Source: Alphaproteobacteria bacterium
GTDB lineage: Bacteria > Pseudomonadota > Alphaproteobacteria > UBA2966 > CAIVPW01
Assembly (NCBI GenBank): GCA_947481575.1
Contig: CANKGV010000004.1
Span: forward strand, 5,487-69,486
DNA: 64,000 nt
Direction: 5' to 3'
The notes under the pieces are model-generated. The model searched no databases. It worked only from the letters and a program-made list of their open reading frames with translations, and had not been told where the DNA came from. Numbering within the stretch: the stretch's first letter is position 1; the number at the start of each line of letters is the position of its first letter. Made by a program: the position numbers and the translations under genes. This document shows, piece by piece, positions 37,547 to 48,561 of this stretch.

Positions 37547-40483
37547 TTATTCGGTGGGCGTGGCGGAACGTGGGTCCGGCACATGCTCCTGGAAACGTAG
37601 GTAGACCCGGCGCTCAGCTTCGACAAGTGCCGACTGCAAGGCGGCAAAGTCGACAAATCCGGCGAAGCGAGCGATCGCCGCCCGGACGCCATCGGGTGCC
37701 GTAGTGGCGTCGAACGCGGCCGCCGAACACTGTCGCAGGAACATTTGCACCGTGCGCAACAGCACGGTCGCGGGCACAAGGTCGTTGGCGACGGCGGGCG
37801 CGACTTGGCCGGCCGTGGCGAGCGCGCGATATGCCGCGGCCGTATCCGGGTTGACGACTTCTGGGTGGGTGCCGGCGGCGCGCACCTGCAGGTATTGGCA
37901 CAGCATTTCCGCGTCCATCAGCCCGCCGCGGACATACTTCACATTCCACGGATCGGCGCTCGGATGTTCCTGCGCGACCCTGGCGCGCAGCCAGGCGACG
38001 TCGTTGCGGAAGGCGCCTGGGTCGATGCGCGAGGCGAGCGTCGCGCGGATGCCGTCCGTGGTACGCGCCCCGAGCGCCGCATCGCCCGCAACGAACCGCG
38101 CGCGGGTCATCGCCATGCGTTCCAGGGTCCATGCCTGGTCGCGCTGGTAGCGCAGAAAGGTCTCCAGCAGGGTTGCTGCGGTGCCCTTGGATCCCGATGG
38201 CCGCAAGCGAGTGTCGACCTCATAGAGGCGCCCTTCGGCAGTCGGTGCGCTGATCGCGGACACGAGGCGCTGGGCCAGCCGCGCGAAGTACTGCGCCGCC
38301 GGCAACCGGCGCGGGCCGTCCGACGGCACGTCGATACCCGGGCAATCATAGATCAGCAGGAGATCGAGGTCGGAACTGGCGGTCATCTCGCGGGCGCCCA
38401 ACTTTCCCAACGCGATGACCGCGAAGGCCGATTCGGCAACCAAGCCGTGGGACTTGGCAAACTCCGCACTGACCCGGCGCAACAAGATGCCGATCGCCGC
38501 TTCCGCGACGTCGCTGTTCATGCGGCCGGCGGCGGTAGCGTCCGCTCGGCCGCGCAACATCTGCACTCCGATCTGAAAGTGGCGCTCGGCCACCCAGCGG
38601 CGCGTGCGGTCGAGCGCCTCCTCGAACGCACTCCCGATGAGGGCCGCCTCCAAATCGGCAGTAAGCGCCTCCGGCGGCGGCAGCGGGTCGAGGAATGCGG
38701 GCTGCAATACAACGTCGAGGACCCCAGGGCGGGTACTCAGTGCCTGGGCCAAGCGCGGCGCCGTGCCCATCACCTCGGCCACCAGCGCAAGAAGCTCCGG
38801 GTGGGCTTGGAACAGCGAAAACAGCTGCACGCCGGCGGGAAGCGCCGCGAGCATCGTGTCAAAGCTTAGAAGCGCGGCGTCGGGGTAGGCTGTGCCTCCG
38901 AAAGCCCGGACGATGGCGGGAAGAAGGTCGCCGAGCAGGGCGCGGGCTCTCGGCGACCGCGTGGCCCGATAGCGGCCCTGCAGCCACGTCGCGATGACGT
39001 CCGCCACCGCGCTGGGGTTCTGGAATCCGGCGGACCGCAACGCGGTGAATCCATCGGCAGCCTGCGCTGAACCGGTGAATGCCGGGCGGTTGGCATCGGC
39101 GGCCGCGGTCTGCTCGAACAGCCGGTCGTAGTGCCTCGCAACCAACTCCATTTGACCGCGGAGTTCCACCTCGAGGCGTTCGGGTTCGTCATAGCCCAGG
39201 AATGTCGCGAAGCGCTTGAAGCCGGGGTCGTCCTCCGGAATGGTGTGGGTCTGCTCGTCGCCGATCATTTGGATGCGATGCTCGGCGGTGCGGAGCGTGC
39301 GATAGGCGGTGGTCAGTTCGCCCGCGACCGCCGCCGTGATCACTCCGGAGGCCGCCAACGCGGCCAAGGCGCCGCACGTGTCGGGGACGCGCAGACGCGG
39401 ATCGCGCCCGCCGGCAACGAGTTGCTGGGTTTGTGCGAAGAATTCGATCTCCCGGATCCCGCCGCGACCCACTTTGACGTTGTGCCCGCGCACCCGGATT
39501 TCGCCATGCCCGTAGTGAGCGTGGATGCGGCTCTTCATCGCATGAATGTCGGCGATGGCAGCGAAGTCGAGATTCTTGCGCCACAAGAACGGTGTGAGGC
39601 GCTTCAGGAAGGCCTCGCCAGCCGCGATATCGCCGGCGATGGCGCGGCCCTTGATCCACGCGGCCCGTTCCCAGCTTGCCCCAACGCTTTCGTAGTAGGC
39701 CTCGGCAGCCGGGAGCGAGACCGCCACCGGAGTAGCGTTGGCGTCCGGCCGGAGGCGCAGATCGACACGAAAGACGTAGCCGTCCGCGGTCCGGTCCTGA
39801 AGCACTCCGACCAAGTCTTGGGTGAGGCGGACAAACCGTTCTTCCGCCGCATCGCCCCATGCAAGAGCCTTTTCCGGATCCCACAGAATGATGGGGTCCA
39901 CGTCGCTGGAATAGTTGAGTTCACGGCCACCGAGCTTGCCCAGGGCGAACACGATATAGCCGCTGTTCACTCCGGGATCGGAGCCGGCCAGGCCGGCGCG
40001 CCGGAGCAAGGTCCGCACGGCCGCAGCGATTGCCGCATCGGCGAAGTCGCTAAGGGCCCGGGTGATCTTGGGCAGGTCCCAAACATTCCCGACGTCGGCG
40101 ACCGCGATCGTTACGGCCGCTCGCAGACGGAGTTGACGCAGGGTCCGTTTCAATCGTTCGAGGTCAGTGTCGCCGCTGTCCGCGGCCACCGATGCGGACA
40201 GTATCGCCGCGAGCGACTGTTCGGCGCCGCGCTCGGCCAACGACAGGAAGTGCTGTGGATCGGCGATCACCGCATGGCCGAGGAACGGGCTGTTGCCGAG
40301 AATCGCGTCTAGCAGGCCTGCGCCGGCGCGCTGTTTGGCCAGGTCCTTGAGCGCGAATTCCAGGCCGGTCCCGCCCCGTTCCCGCGCGGCCTCCAACAAC
40401 CGCTCGCGCAGAACCGCGGCCTGGCCGCCGTCGAATGCATTCGGCAGACGCTGGATCTCGGACAGGAGAGCGAAGGAGGCCAT
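37547..40483 (-). CDS. glnE: bifunctional glutamine synthetase adenylyltransferase/adenylyl-removing enzyme GlnE
   Basis: 978 aa; two nucleotidyltransferase-domain repeats matching GlnE. Confidence 0.88.
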   Translation of the reverse strand: MASFALLSEIQRLPNAFDGGQAAVLRERLLEAARERGGTGLEFALKDLAKQRAGAGLLDAILGNSPFLGHAVIADPQHFLSLAERGAEQSLAAILSASVAADSGDTDLERLKRTLRQLRLRAAVTIAVADVGNVWDLPKITRALSDFADAAIAAAVRTLLRRAGLAGSDPGVNSGYIVFALGKLGGRELNYSSDVDPIILWDPEKALAWGDAAEERFVRLTQDLVGVLQDRTADGYVFRVDLRLRPDANATPVAVSLPAAEAYYESVGASWERAAWIKGRAIAGDIAAGEAFLKRLTPFLWRKNLDFAAIADIHAMKSRIHAHYGHGEIRVRGHNVKVGRGGIREIEFFAQTQQLVAGGRDPRLRVPDTCGALAALAASGVITAAVAGELTTAYRTLRTAEHRIQMIGDEQTHTIPEDDPGFKRFATFLGYDEPERLEVELRGQMELVARHYDRLFEQTAAADANRPAFTGSAQAADGFTALRSAGFQNPSAVADVIATWLQGRYRATRSPRARALLGDLLPAIVRAFGGTAYPDAALLSFDTMLAALPAGVQLFSLFQAHPELLALVAEVMGTAPRLAQALSTRPGVLDVVLQPAFLDPLPPPEALTADLEAALIGSAFEEALDRTRRWVAERHFQIGVQMLRGRADATAAGRMNSDVAEAAIGILLRRVSAEFAKSHGLVAESAFAVIALGKLGAREMTASSDLDLLLIYDCPGIDVPSDGPRRLPAAQYFARLAQRLVSAISAPTAEGRLYEVDTRLRPSGSKGTAATLLETFLRYQRDQAWTLERMAMTRARFVAGDAALGARTTDGIRATLASRIDPGAFRNDVAWLRARVAQEHPSADPWNVKYVRGGLMDAEMLCQYLQVRAAGTHPEVVNPDTAAAYRALATAGQVAPAVANDLVPATVLLRTVQMFLRQCSAAAFDATTAPDGVRAAIARFAGFVDFAALQSALVEAERRVYLRFQEHVPDPRSATPTE

Positions 40484-40579
40484 GGTGGGGTCAAGGCAAG
40501 GTCCGCCGCGACGGCTACCCCCGTCAAGGCTCCAGCCTGATTTTTGCCATAAGTCGGGCCTAGTCGGCGTGGTAATAGG

Positions 40580-43500
40580 TTGGGCCGGCCAGGATCGGCC
40601 TCAGGCAGCGGGAACGGAGCAGTATTGGTCAAACCCGCAACCAAAGTGCTGGTGCGCGTGCTGGCTGCCGGTCTGGCAGGCGGTGCTGCCGTGATGGCAG
40701 CGGCGACGTGGCTGATTGCGGCAGGGCCAATCTCCGTCGCATTCCTCTCGCCCTATTTCGAGCGGTCGTTGCGCTTCGAGGACGCGGGCCTCCATGTCGC
40801 CATTGGGGACACGGTGCTGGCCTGGGGCGGCTGGCAGCGGAATGTCGATCTGCGTGCCGTGAATGTTCGAGTTCTCGATGCCGGCAACAACGTGTTGGCC
40901 AGTGCACCCGAGGTTTCCATCGCGCTCTCGGGCCAAGCCTTGTTGCGCGGGATATTTGCGCCGACGGCAATCGAGTTCTTTCACCCTGAGCTGAGGTTTG
41001 CGCGTGACGCCGACGGGAGATTCTCGTTTGGCAAGCCGCAGGCCGGGGCGGGAGACACGAGCGGCATGATCCAGGCGTTGCTCGCAGCGCTCAGCGCCGG
41101 CGGTCAGGCGGGGACGCCGGCGGCGTACCTCCAGGAACTAGCGATCACCGACGGCGTGCTGTGGCTCGACGACGCGGTTGCCGGCCAGACTTGGCATGCC
41201 CCGGCCGTTGACGCGACAGTGCAGCGCAGCACCGAAGGCGTTGCGGTGAAGATGCAGGCCGGCCTGGACGTTGGCGGCACCAGCATTCGGATCGGCGGGA
41301 CCGCAGCGTTTTCCCAGGCCAAAGGCGAACTGCAGGTCGCCATCGACCTCGCCGACCTCAATCCGGGACGCTTATTGGCTGCAGCGGGGCCTCGGCCTGC
41401 GGTGCCGGTCTCGGCGCTCGACTACGCAGCCGGCCTGGACGCGCCGGTAACCGGGCGTGTCGGGGCGGTGATTGGTGCGGATGGCGCCGTTCGCCGCTTC
41501 GACTTTGACATCACGGCCGGCGCGGGCCGGTTGGCGATTCCAGAAATCTGGAACGTGACTCAGTCGTTCAGTCAGATTTCAGCACGCGGCAGTGTACTGG
41601 AGGGGCTCCGCACGATCCGGCTCGACGACATGTTTGTCGCGAAAGGGGCGGCGCAAGCCCAAGGCAGTGTCATCGTTGCGATCGAGCCAGTTGGCGTTGG
41701 TCTAACGATCGACGCCACCTGGAAGAGCCTGCCGGCGGACCAGCTTGAGGCGCTGTGGCCGCGCGAACTCGCGCCGTTCACGCGGGACTGGGTCACGCGG
41801 AACGTGCATAGCGGAATCGTCACCGAAGGTGGCGTCCACATGCACACCGACCCCGGGCGGTTGCGGGACCTGCCGCTGCGGCAGGACGAGATCGACATGA
41901 CGTTTGCCTACACTGGCGCCGTCACGACCTACTTGGACGGCCTGCCGGAACTGCGCGGAGCGCAGGGAACCGCGCATATGACAGGAACCACCTTCGACGC
42001 CGTGCTCGCACGGGGAACCATCGGCGAGATGGCGCTTAGCGAGGGGACCGTGCACATCGCCGGGCTGGACACGGCGATTCCGGTGATGACGGTAGACGTG
42101 GTCGCGAGTGGGCGAACTTCAGAGGCCGCCAAGATTCTCGGGACGCCGCCGTTGTCATTGGAGCTTCCCACGGGGATGCAGGGGACGATTTCTGCGCGCG
42201 GGCGCATTGTGTCGCCGGTGCACGAGGGCGTGAGCGTGCACGACGTCGGCTATGCGGTTGCCGCCAACTTGCGGGACTTCGCTCTTGCGGGCTTGCCCTA
42301 CGGTTTGTCTGTGTCCGCAGGAACGATCGCCGTGAAAGTGGACGGTGCAACCGCTTCCGGTCAGGGGACGTTGAACGTCAACGGCGTGCCGATGAACTTG
42401 GCGGTTCAGCATGCGTTTGCCAGCGGCGCCGCGGCGCCGACTCACACCACGGTTGGCGCAACCCTCGACGACGCGGGGCGTGCGGCGTTGGGTGTCGCGT
42501 TGGGGTCGTTCGTCACCGGTCCGGCGGTTGTCACAGCGGCGATCGACTCGGTCGGCTGGGAGTTGCGCCACGCCGACGTCACGATTGATCTGGTTGCGGC
42601 GGCGGTGAGCACGCCCGTCCCCGCGTGGGACAAGTCGCCGCGTTCGCCCGGCAAGGCGCACCTGGTTCTGGATGGCAGACCGGACGGAGCGATTGCAGTC
42701 CCCGCGGCGACCGTAACGCTGCCGGGACTCGCTGCGTCCGGTTCGATGTCGATCGACGTACGTGCAGGGTCCGCACGTGGCGAGTTCGCCGCCAACGGTT
42801 TGCCGGTGCGGGTGGAGTGGCACCTGGGCGGCGAGGGAGCTGCCGGTGCGCGCCTGTCGCTGGAAGCCGTCCTCGACGACACGATGCGGCGCGAACTTGG
42901 GTTCGACACGTCCACGTGGATGACCGGGCCCTTGGCCGCGAAGGTAGATGCCGATACGCGCGGGGCGGCGCTGAGTGGCGCCAAGGTAACGCTCAATTTA
43001 AAGGACGCGACGGTTACGTCGCCGATCTGGGACAAACTTGCCGGCACCGATGGCGTCGCCGAACTCACGTTGGTGCCTGATGCGCGCGGCAAGTTGCAGG
43101 TCTATTCCTACGCAGTGTCCGCGGCGGGCCTAGTATCGGCGGGCACCGTGGACCTCGATGGGCAGGGCGATCTCCTGCGTTTGACGATCGCACGGCTGGT
43201 GTTAGGCGAGACCAATCTCACCGGCACCATAACGCGGGCCGACGGCAATACGCTGACAGTGGAGGTGGCCGGGCCTGCGCTGGACCTGCGGCCGGTGTTC
43301 GAGCGTGAGAGCAGGCCGCATGAGCCCGAGACCAATCTGCCCGGTGTTGTGGTACGGGCCCGATTCGACCGGCTGTACCTGACCGACACGCTTGTATTCG
43401 CGACGCTGTCGGGGACCGCGACCTGGTCCGGAGTTTGGACCGGGATCGACGCCACGGCGCTGATGGCGGACGGCGAGCCCGTGCGCCTGAATCTCACCGG

Positions 43501-44158
43501 TACGTCTGGCGGCGCCGATGCCATCGTCACCACCGAGAACGGTGGCGAACTGGTCGGGACGCTGGGTATTTTGCAGGGCGTGAACGGCGGCCGGTTGCGC
43601 GCCGACATTCGGATGATTTACGCGCCCGCCGGCATGGTTGCTCAGGGCAAGGCGGTCTCGACGGCGTTCCGCCTCGAGCACGCCCCGGCACTAGCGCGGT
43701 TGTTCTCGCTGGCGTCGTTGCAGGGATTGGCGGACACGTTGCAAGGCGGCGGTTTCATCACCTTCACCGGCTTCGAGGCACCGTTCTCCTATGAGGGTGG
43801 CACCGTTTCGCTGGATCAAGCGCTGGCCAAGGGGCAGGCGATCGGCGTAGCGGTGCAGGGACAGTTTAATAAGGCGAAGGACAGCGTGAACCTTGAGGGC
43901 ACAGTCGTGCCGCTCTATCCGCTCAACTCGGTGCTGGGCAAGGTGCCGATTCTCGGGCCGCTGATTATCGGGGAAGGCCTATTGGCGACCGATTTTCGGG
44001 TGACCGGCAAGGCCAGCGAGCCGACCATGACCGTGAACCCGATCTCGGCGTTGACTCCGGGCATCACGAGGATTCTGAGCATGCCGTTCTTCGGCCTGGG
44101 AGGCACTCCGGAGCCGACTCCGCCAACCGGCGTGCCGCCCGAGGGGCAGCGCAACTAG
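40580..44158 (+). CDS. YhdP/AsmA-like family large envelope protein (N-terminal TM anchor, long periplasmic beta-rich region)
   Basis: About 1190 aa; N-terminal helix VLVRVLAAGLAGGAAVMAAATWLIAAG; Gly/Thr/Val-rich repetitive beta-strand composition typical of AsmA-like proteins; start uncertain. Confidence 0.6.
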   Translation: MGRPGSASGSGNGAVLVKPATKVLVRVLAAGLAGGAAVMAAATWLIAAGPISVAFLSPYFERSLRFEDAGLHVAIGDTVLAWGGWQRNVDLRAVNVRVLDAGNNVLASAPEVSIALSGQALLRGIFAPTAIEFFHPELRFARDADGRFSFGKPQAGAGDTSGMIQALLAALSAGGQAGTPAAYLQELAITDGVLWLDDAVAGQTWHAPAVDATVQRSTEGVAVKMQAGLDVGGTSIRIGGTAAFSQAKGELQVAIDLADLNPGRLLAAAGPRPAVPVSALDYAAGLDAPVTGRVGAVIGADGAVRRFDFDITAGAGRLAIPEIWNVTQSFSQISARGSVLEGLRTIRLDDMFVAKGAAQAQGSVIVAIEPVGVGLTIDATWKSLPADQLEALWPRELAPFTRDWVTRNVHSGIVTEGGVHMHTDPGRLRDLPLRQDEIDMTFAYTGAVTTYLDGLPELRGAQGTAHMTGTTFDAVLARGTIGEMALSEGTVHIAGLDTAIPVMTVDVVASGRTSEAAKILGTPPLSLELPTGMQGTISARGRIVSPVHEGVSVHDVGYAVAANLRDFALAGLPYGLSVSAGTIAVKVDGATASGQGTLNVNGVPMNLAVQHAFASGAAAPTHTTVGATLDDAGRAALGVALGSFVTGPAVVTAAIDSVGWELRHADVTIDLVAAAVSTPVPAWDKSPRSPGKAHLVLDGRPDGAIAVPAATVTLPGLAASGSMSIDVRAGSARGEFAANGLPVRVEWHLGGEGAAGARLSLEAVLDDTMRRELGFDTSTWMTGPLAAKVDADTRGAALSGAKVTLNLKDATVTSPIWDKLAGTDGVAELTLVPDARGKLQVYSYAVSAAGLVSAGTVDLDGQGDLLRLTIARLVLGETNLTGTITRADGNTLTVEVAGPALDLRPVFERESRPHEPETNLPGVVVRARFDRLYLTDTLVFATLSGTATWSGVWTGIDATALMADGEPVRLNLTGTSGGADAIVTTENGGELVGTLGILQGVNGGRLRADIRMIYAPAGMVAQGKAVSTAFRLEHAPALARLFSLASLQGLADTLQGGGFITFTGFEAPFSYEGGTVSLDQALAKGQAIGVAVQGQFNKAKDSVNLEGTVVPLYPLNSVLGKVPILGPLIIGEGLLATDFRVTGKASEPTMTVNPISALTPGITRILSMPFFGLGGTPEPTPPTGVPPEGQRN

Positions 44159-44162
44159 GCAA

Positions 44163-44432
44163 ATGGTGCGCGTCAGTTTCACGCCCAATCTCGCGCGGCA
44201 TGTTGCTTGCCCGCCGCAGCGGGTCGGCGGTAGCACCGTGCGCGCAGCGCTCGATGCGGTGTTTAGCGGCAATCCCAATCTGCGTTCGTACGTCCTCGAC
44301 GATCAGGGCAGATTGCGCAAACATGTGAACATATTTCTGAACGACGAATCGGTGCGCGACCGCGACGGCCTGTCTGACGCTGTTGCGCCCGGTGACGAAG
44401 TATTCGTGTTCCAAGCACTGTCGGGGGGGTAA
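44163..44432 (+). CDS. MoaD/ThiS-family ubiquitin-like beta-grasp protein with C-terminal Gly-Gly
   Basis: 89 aa ending ...VFVFQALSGG; starts 5 nt after the YhdP-like stop. Confidence 0.7.
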   Translation: MVRVSFTPNLARHVACPPQRVGGSTVRAALDAVFSGNPNLRSYVLDDQGRLRKHVNIFLNDESVRDRDGLSDAVAPGDEVFVFQALSGG

Positions 44433-44434
44433 CG

Positions 44435-45517
44435 ATGGCCGGCACGCTCTATATTTCCAGCAGGAAGGGGCTGTTCGCGGTCCGCAAGCGCGGACGCTCA
44501 TGGAGCGTTGGTGCACCTGCGTTCCTGGGCGAGCCGGTCTCGGCGGTGTTCGCCGACCCACGCACCGGCCTGCTGCTCGCAGCGCTTCGTCTGGGCCACT
44601 TCGGCGTGAAGCTCCACCGGTCGGAAGACGGCGGCAAGACCTGGAGCGAGACTCCGGCGCCGGCATTCCCTAAAACGAGCGACGATCCCAAGCATGGGCC
44701 TTCGGTCGACACGCTGTGGAACTTCACCGCCGGCGGGGCCGACCAGCCCGGCGTGATCTGGTGCGGCACGATCCCGGGCGGCTTGTTCCGCAGCGGCGAC
44801 GACGGTCTCACTTGGGCGCTGGTCGAGACACTCTGGAACCGTCCTGAGCGCGCCAAGTGGATGGGCGTGGGCGGAGATCAGCCGGGCATCGGGACGGTCT
44901 TGGTGGACCCGCGCGATTCGAACAAGCTGACGCTGGGCATCTCGACCGGCGGCGTGTGGAAGTCCGACGACGGTGCGAAGACGTGGCGCCAAGCGGGCTT
45001 CGGGATGCGCAACGAATATCTGCCGCCGGACAAGGCTGGCGACCCGGCGATGCAGGACGTGCACCGCATCGCGTCCCCCGCCGCGGATCCGCGGGTGGTG
45101 TGGTGCCAGCATCACAACGGCATCTTCCGGTCGGCCGATGGTGGCGAGAATTTCCGCGAGATCAAAAAGGTGAAGCCGTCCGTGTTCGGGTTTGCCGTAG
45201 TCGCGCACCCGCACGACGCCAAGACTGCGTGGTTCGTGCCGGGCGTGAAGGACGAGAAGCGCGTTGCGGTCGACGGCAAGCTCGTGGTGAACCGCACCAG
45301 CGATGGTGGCAAGACCTTTGAGCCGCTGAACCGGGGCCTACCCAAGGTCGGCTGCTACGACCTGATCTATCGCCATGCGCTGACGGTGGACGACAGCGGC
45401 GACCGCCTCGCATTTGGCTCCACCACGGGCAACCTGTGGATCAGCGAGAACGGCGGCAAGGCGTGGACCCAAGTATCCTGCTACCTGCCGCCGATCGCCG
45501 CGGTGAACTGGGGCTAG
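44435..45517 (+). CDS. BNR/Asp-box repeat beta-propeller protein (sialidase-like/Ycf48-like fold)
   Basis: Six Asp-box motifs S-x-D-x-G-x-T-W/F: SEDGGKTW, SGDDGLTW, SDDGAKTW, SADGGENF, TSDGGKTF, SENGGKAW; starts 3 nt after the MoaD-like stop. Confidence 0.75.
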   Translation: MAGTLYISSRKGLFAVRKRGRSWSVGAPAFLGEPVSAVFADPRTGLLLAALRLGHFGVKLHRSEDGGKTWSETPAPAFPKTSDDPKHGPSVDTLWNFTAGGADQPGVIWCGTIPGGLFRSGDDGLTWALVETLWNRPERAKWMGVGGDQPGIGTVLVDPRDSNKLTLGISTGGVWKSDDGAKTWRQAGFGMRNEYLPPDKAGDPAMQDVHRIASPAADPRVVWCQHHNGIFRSADGGENFREIKKVKPSVFGFAVVAHPHDAKTAWFVPGVKDEKRVAVDGKLVVNRTSDGGKTFEPLNRGLPKVGCYDLIYRHALTVDDSGDRLAFGSTTGNLWISENGGKAWTQVSCYLPPIAAVNWG

Positions 45518-45552
45518 CGGCGTTGCTGTGACGGGTGAGGGCGCCCGGCCCG

Positions 45553-46446
45553 CTACCGCGGCGGCATCGGAGGGAGTGGAGTCATGGGCAGGCGCAGGCC
45601 GTCCGGTACGATGTTCGGATTGTCGAGGTAGCGTAGCTTCTCGCCGATGTCGCAATCGGGGGCGTAGCGCCGATTGATTTTGGCGCCGGGGATCTGCGGA
45701 CCAAACGCCTGGACCGGAATCGCGCGCAGGGGCGCAGGAAGGTCGCCGGCCATTTCCAGGATCAACTTGCGCTGGATCGCGTCGCCGAACGCTTCGAACC
45801 CATCGGCCGCGATGACAAACGAACCCGGGCCGCCGATCACGCATTCCTCGTAGTACACGTCGAGGTCCGGCAGGTTGAAGTTACCGCCGTCGTCGGTGAG
45901 GATCGGCAAGCCGTTGATGGTGACGCCGTCTCGCACCAGCGCGTCGCGGGCGAAGTTGAGGATGCCACCGGCGCTGTTGGGGCCGTCGCCGGATACGTCC
46001 AATACCCTACGCGCCGGAGTCACGCCCGCTGTGACGAACAGCGTCGAGGCCAATCCGAACAGCGATGTGATCGAGGTCCCGGAGCCCCGCCCGACCGGAA
46101 CGAGTTCTAGGCGCGCCGCGAGTTCTTCGGCGTCTGCCGCCGACCCGATCACCTGCCACGTGGCGACGATGCGCCACTGGCTCACTCCGGACCACTCGAC
46201 GTAGGTGACGGCGATGCGCCCCTGGCGCCCGTTGCGGATCGCTTGCACAACCTTCGGATTGCGAAAGGCGTCGATATAGCCTTGGCGCTGGAAGTACCCC
46301 TCGCGGTCATCGACGCTGGGCGAGATGTCCACGGCCAGGATGAGCGCGAGGTCGACAGGGATTGGCCTGGGCGCCTGGGCGCCGGCATCGGCGGCCGCGA
46401 ATAGGCCCAGTGCGGTGAACGCTGCGACGAGGCGGGGGGCGCGCAT
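45553..46446 (-). CDS. DUF1194 (vWA-like) secreted protein
   Basis: Signal peptide; ILAVDISPSVDD MIDAS-like start typical of DUF1194. Confidence 0.6.
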   Translation of the reverse strand: MRAPRLVAAFTALGLFAAADAGAQAPRPIPVDLALILAVDISPSVDDREGYFQRQGYIDAFRNPKVVQAIRNGRQGRIAVTYVEWSGVSQWRIVATWQVIGSAADAEELAARLELVPVGRGSGTSITSLFGLASTLFVTAGVTPARRVLDVSGDGPNSAGGILNFARDALVRDGVTINGLPILTDDGGNFNLPDLDVYYEECVIGGPGSFVIAADGFEAFGDAIQRKLILEMAGDLPAPLRAIPVQAFGPQIPGAKINRRYAPDCDIGEKLRYLDNPNIVPDGLRLPMTPLPPMPPR

Positions 46447-46478
46447 GCGGCGATGCTAGCGCGCGAGAGTATGCGCGG

Positions 46479-47735
46479 CTACCCGGCCAGTATGCCGATG
46501 GCGTGGCGCTTCTTGCCCACGGAAAGCTTGAGCGTGCTGTCTGGACCAAGATCAGTGGCCGTGACCGGCGCCGTTTCGTCGGCGATCGGCCTGTCGTTCA
46601 GGCGCACGCCGCCAGCGCGAATCATACGCCGCGCCTCACCCTTGGAAGCGACCAGGCCGGAGGCAGCGACCACCTCGAACGCTGGAATCCCCGCCTTTAG
46701 CTGGCCGGCGTCGAGCGGGAAGGTCGGCAGCCCGGCGGCGGACTCGCCTTCTTCGAACGTGCGGCGCGCGGTTTCACGGGCCTCGGTTGCCGCGGCATCG
46801 CCGTGGCACAGCCGCGTGGCCTCGGTAGCGAGTACTACTTTGGCTTCGTTCGACTCCGCGCCCTGCAGCGCTTCGAGGCGCCCGATCTCGCCTTCCGGCA
46901 AGTCGGTAAATAGGCGCAGGAACCGGCCGACGTCGCCGTCCAGGGTGTTGCGCCAGAACTGCCAGTAGTCGTAGGGCGACACGCGGTCGGCGTTGAGCCA
47001 CACCGCGCCCTGGGCGGTCTTGCCCATCTTGGCGCCCGCCGCGGTGGTGATGAGCGGCGAGGTCAGGCCCAACAATTCGCGGCCAGCGACGCGGCGGCCG
47101 AGTTCGATGCCGCTGACGATGTTGCCCCACTGGTCAGAGCCACCCATCTGCAGTGTGCAGTTCAGGCGGCGCGCCAGTTCGACGAAGTCATAGGCCTGCA
47201 GCACCATGTAGTTGAATTCCAGGAACGACAGCGGCTGGTCGCGGTCCAGGCGCAGCTTGACGCTTTCCATGGTCAGCATGCGGTTGACCGAGAAATGGGC
47301 GCCGTAGTCGCGCAGGAAGGAGATGTAGCCGAGGCGGTCGAGCCACTCGGCGTTGTCGACCATCACCGCGTCGGTGGGGCCGTCGCCGAACTTCAGGAAC
47401 TGGCTGAAGACCTTCCGGATGCCGTCCTTGTTGGCGGCGATATCGGCGTCGGTCAGGACCTTGCGCGATTCATCTTTGCCGCTGGGGTCGCCGACCTTGG
47501 TGGTGCCGCCGCCCATGAGGACGATCGGCTTGTGGCCGGTCTGCTGCATGCGGCGCAGCATCATGATCGGCACCAAGCTGCCGACGTGCAGGCTGTTGGC
47601 GGTGCAGTCGAAGCCGATGTAGCCGGTGATGATGCCGGCCGCGGCCTTGGCATCCAGGGCCTCGCGGTCGGTGATCTGGTGGACGTACCGGCGCTGTTCG
47701 AGGACCTGGAGGAGCTCGGAGCGCGCCGCGCTCAC
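46479..47735 (-). CDS. tyrS: tyrosine--tRNA ligase
   Basis: HIGH-region variant ([13 protein letters not shown]), KMGKT (KMSKS) motif, C-terminal S4 domain. Confidence 0.93.
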   Translation of the reverse strand: MSAARSELLQVLEQRRYVHQITDREALDAKAAAGIITGYIGFDCTANSLHVGSLVPIMMLRRMQQTGHKPIVLMGGGTTKVGDPSGKDESRKVLTDADIAANKDGIRKVFSQFLKFGDGPTDAVMVDNAEWLDRLGYISFLRDYGAHFSVNRMLTMESVKLRLDRDQPLSFLEFNYMVLQAYDFVELARRLNCTLQMGGSDQWGNIVSGIELGRRVAGRELLGLTSPLITTAAGAKMGKTAQGAVWLNADRVSPYDYWQFWRNTLDGDVGRFLRLFTDLPEGEIGRLEALQGAESNEAKVVLATEATRLCHGDAAATEARETARRTFEEGESAAGLPTFPLDAGQLKAGIPAFEVVAASGLVASKGEARRMIRAGGVRLNDRPIADETAPVTATDLGPDSTLKLSVGKKRHAIGILAG

Positions 47736-48385
47736 TTCGCCGCCTCAGGCGCGAGGTGATGTTCGATATAGCGGTCGATGATGCCGGTCAGTTTCTCCAA
47801 CTCGTCGTCGAAGAAATGTCCGGCGCCAGCCACGGTCTCGTATTCAATGCCCGAGCCCTTCTGCGCCATCAGCTTCTGCGCAAGTTTGGCCACGTCCGGT
47901 TCGGGCACTACGTCGTCGGCGGTGCCCTGGACGATCAGGCCCTCGGACGGGCAGGGGGCCAGGAACGCGAAGTCATAGATGTTGGCGGGCGGCGCCACCG
48001 AGATGAACGCGTCGATCTCCGGCCGCCGCATCAGCAACTGCATCGAAATCCAGGCGCCGAAGGAGAAGCCGCTCACCCACGTGTGGGTCGCACCTGCGTG
48101 GTACATCTGCAGCCAGTCCAGGGCGGCGGCGGCGTCCGCCAACTCACCCTGGCCGTTGTCAAACGAGCCCTGGCTGCGGCCGACGCCGCGGAAATTGAAC
48201 CGCAGCACCGAAAAGCCCGCACGCGCGAACGCATGGAACACGTGGTAGACGACCTTGTTGTTCATGGTGCCGCCGAAGCGCGGATGCGGGTGCATCACCA
48301 GCGCAATCGGGGCATTGGCGCGCGGCGAGCGGTGGTACCGCCCTTCGAGCCTGCCTTCAGGGCCGTTGATTACGACGTCGGGCAT
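47732..48385 (-). CDS. alpha/beta-fold hydrolase
   Basis: GFSFG nucleophile elbow; histidine near the C-terminus; stop overlaps the tyrS start. Confidence 0.65.
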   Translation of the reverse strand: MPDVVINGPEGRLEGRYHRSPRANAPIALVMHPHPRFGGTMNNKVVYHVFHAFARAGFSVLRFNFRGVGRSQGSFDNGQGELADAAAALDWLQMYHAGATHTWVSGFSFGAWISMQLLMRRPEIDAFISVAPPANIYDFAFLAPCPSEGLIVQGTADDVVPEPDVAKLAQKLMAQKGSGIEYETVAGAGHFFDDELEKLTGIIDRYIEHHLAPEAAK

Positions 48386-48561
48386 AGTTCCTTAGCCGCG
48401 GCCCCTTTGGTGGACCGCCGGTTCCCCGCACACCCTAAAGACTGATGCATCAAGTCGGGATTACTTCCGCCGCAGTGAGTAAGCGCCGGTCACAAACTTG
48501 ACTAATCCAGTCGGGCAACTAAACTTACTCTCAGGTTTCGTGCCCCCAAACGGTCGGGAGC

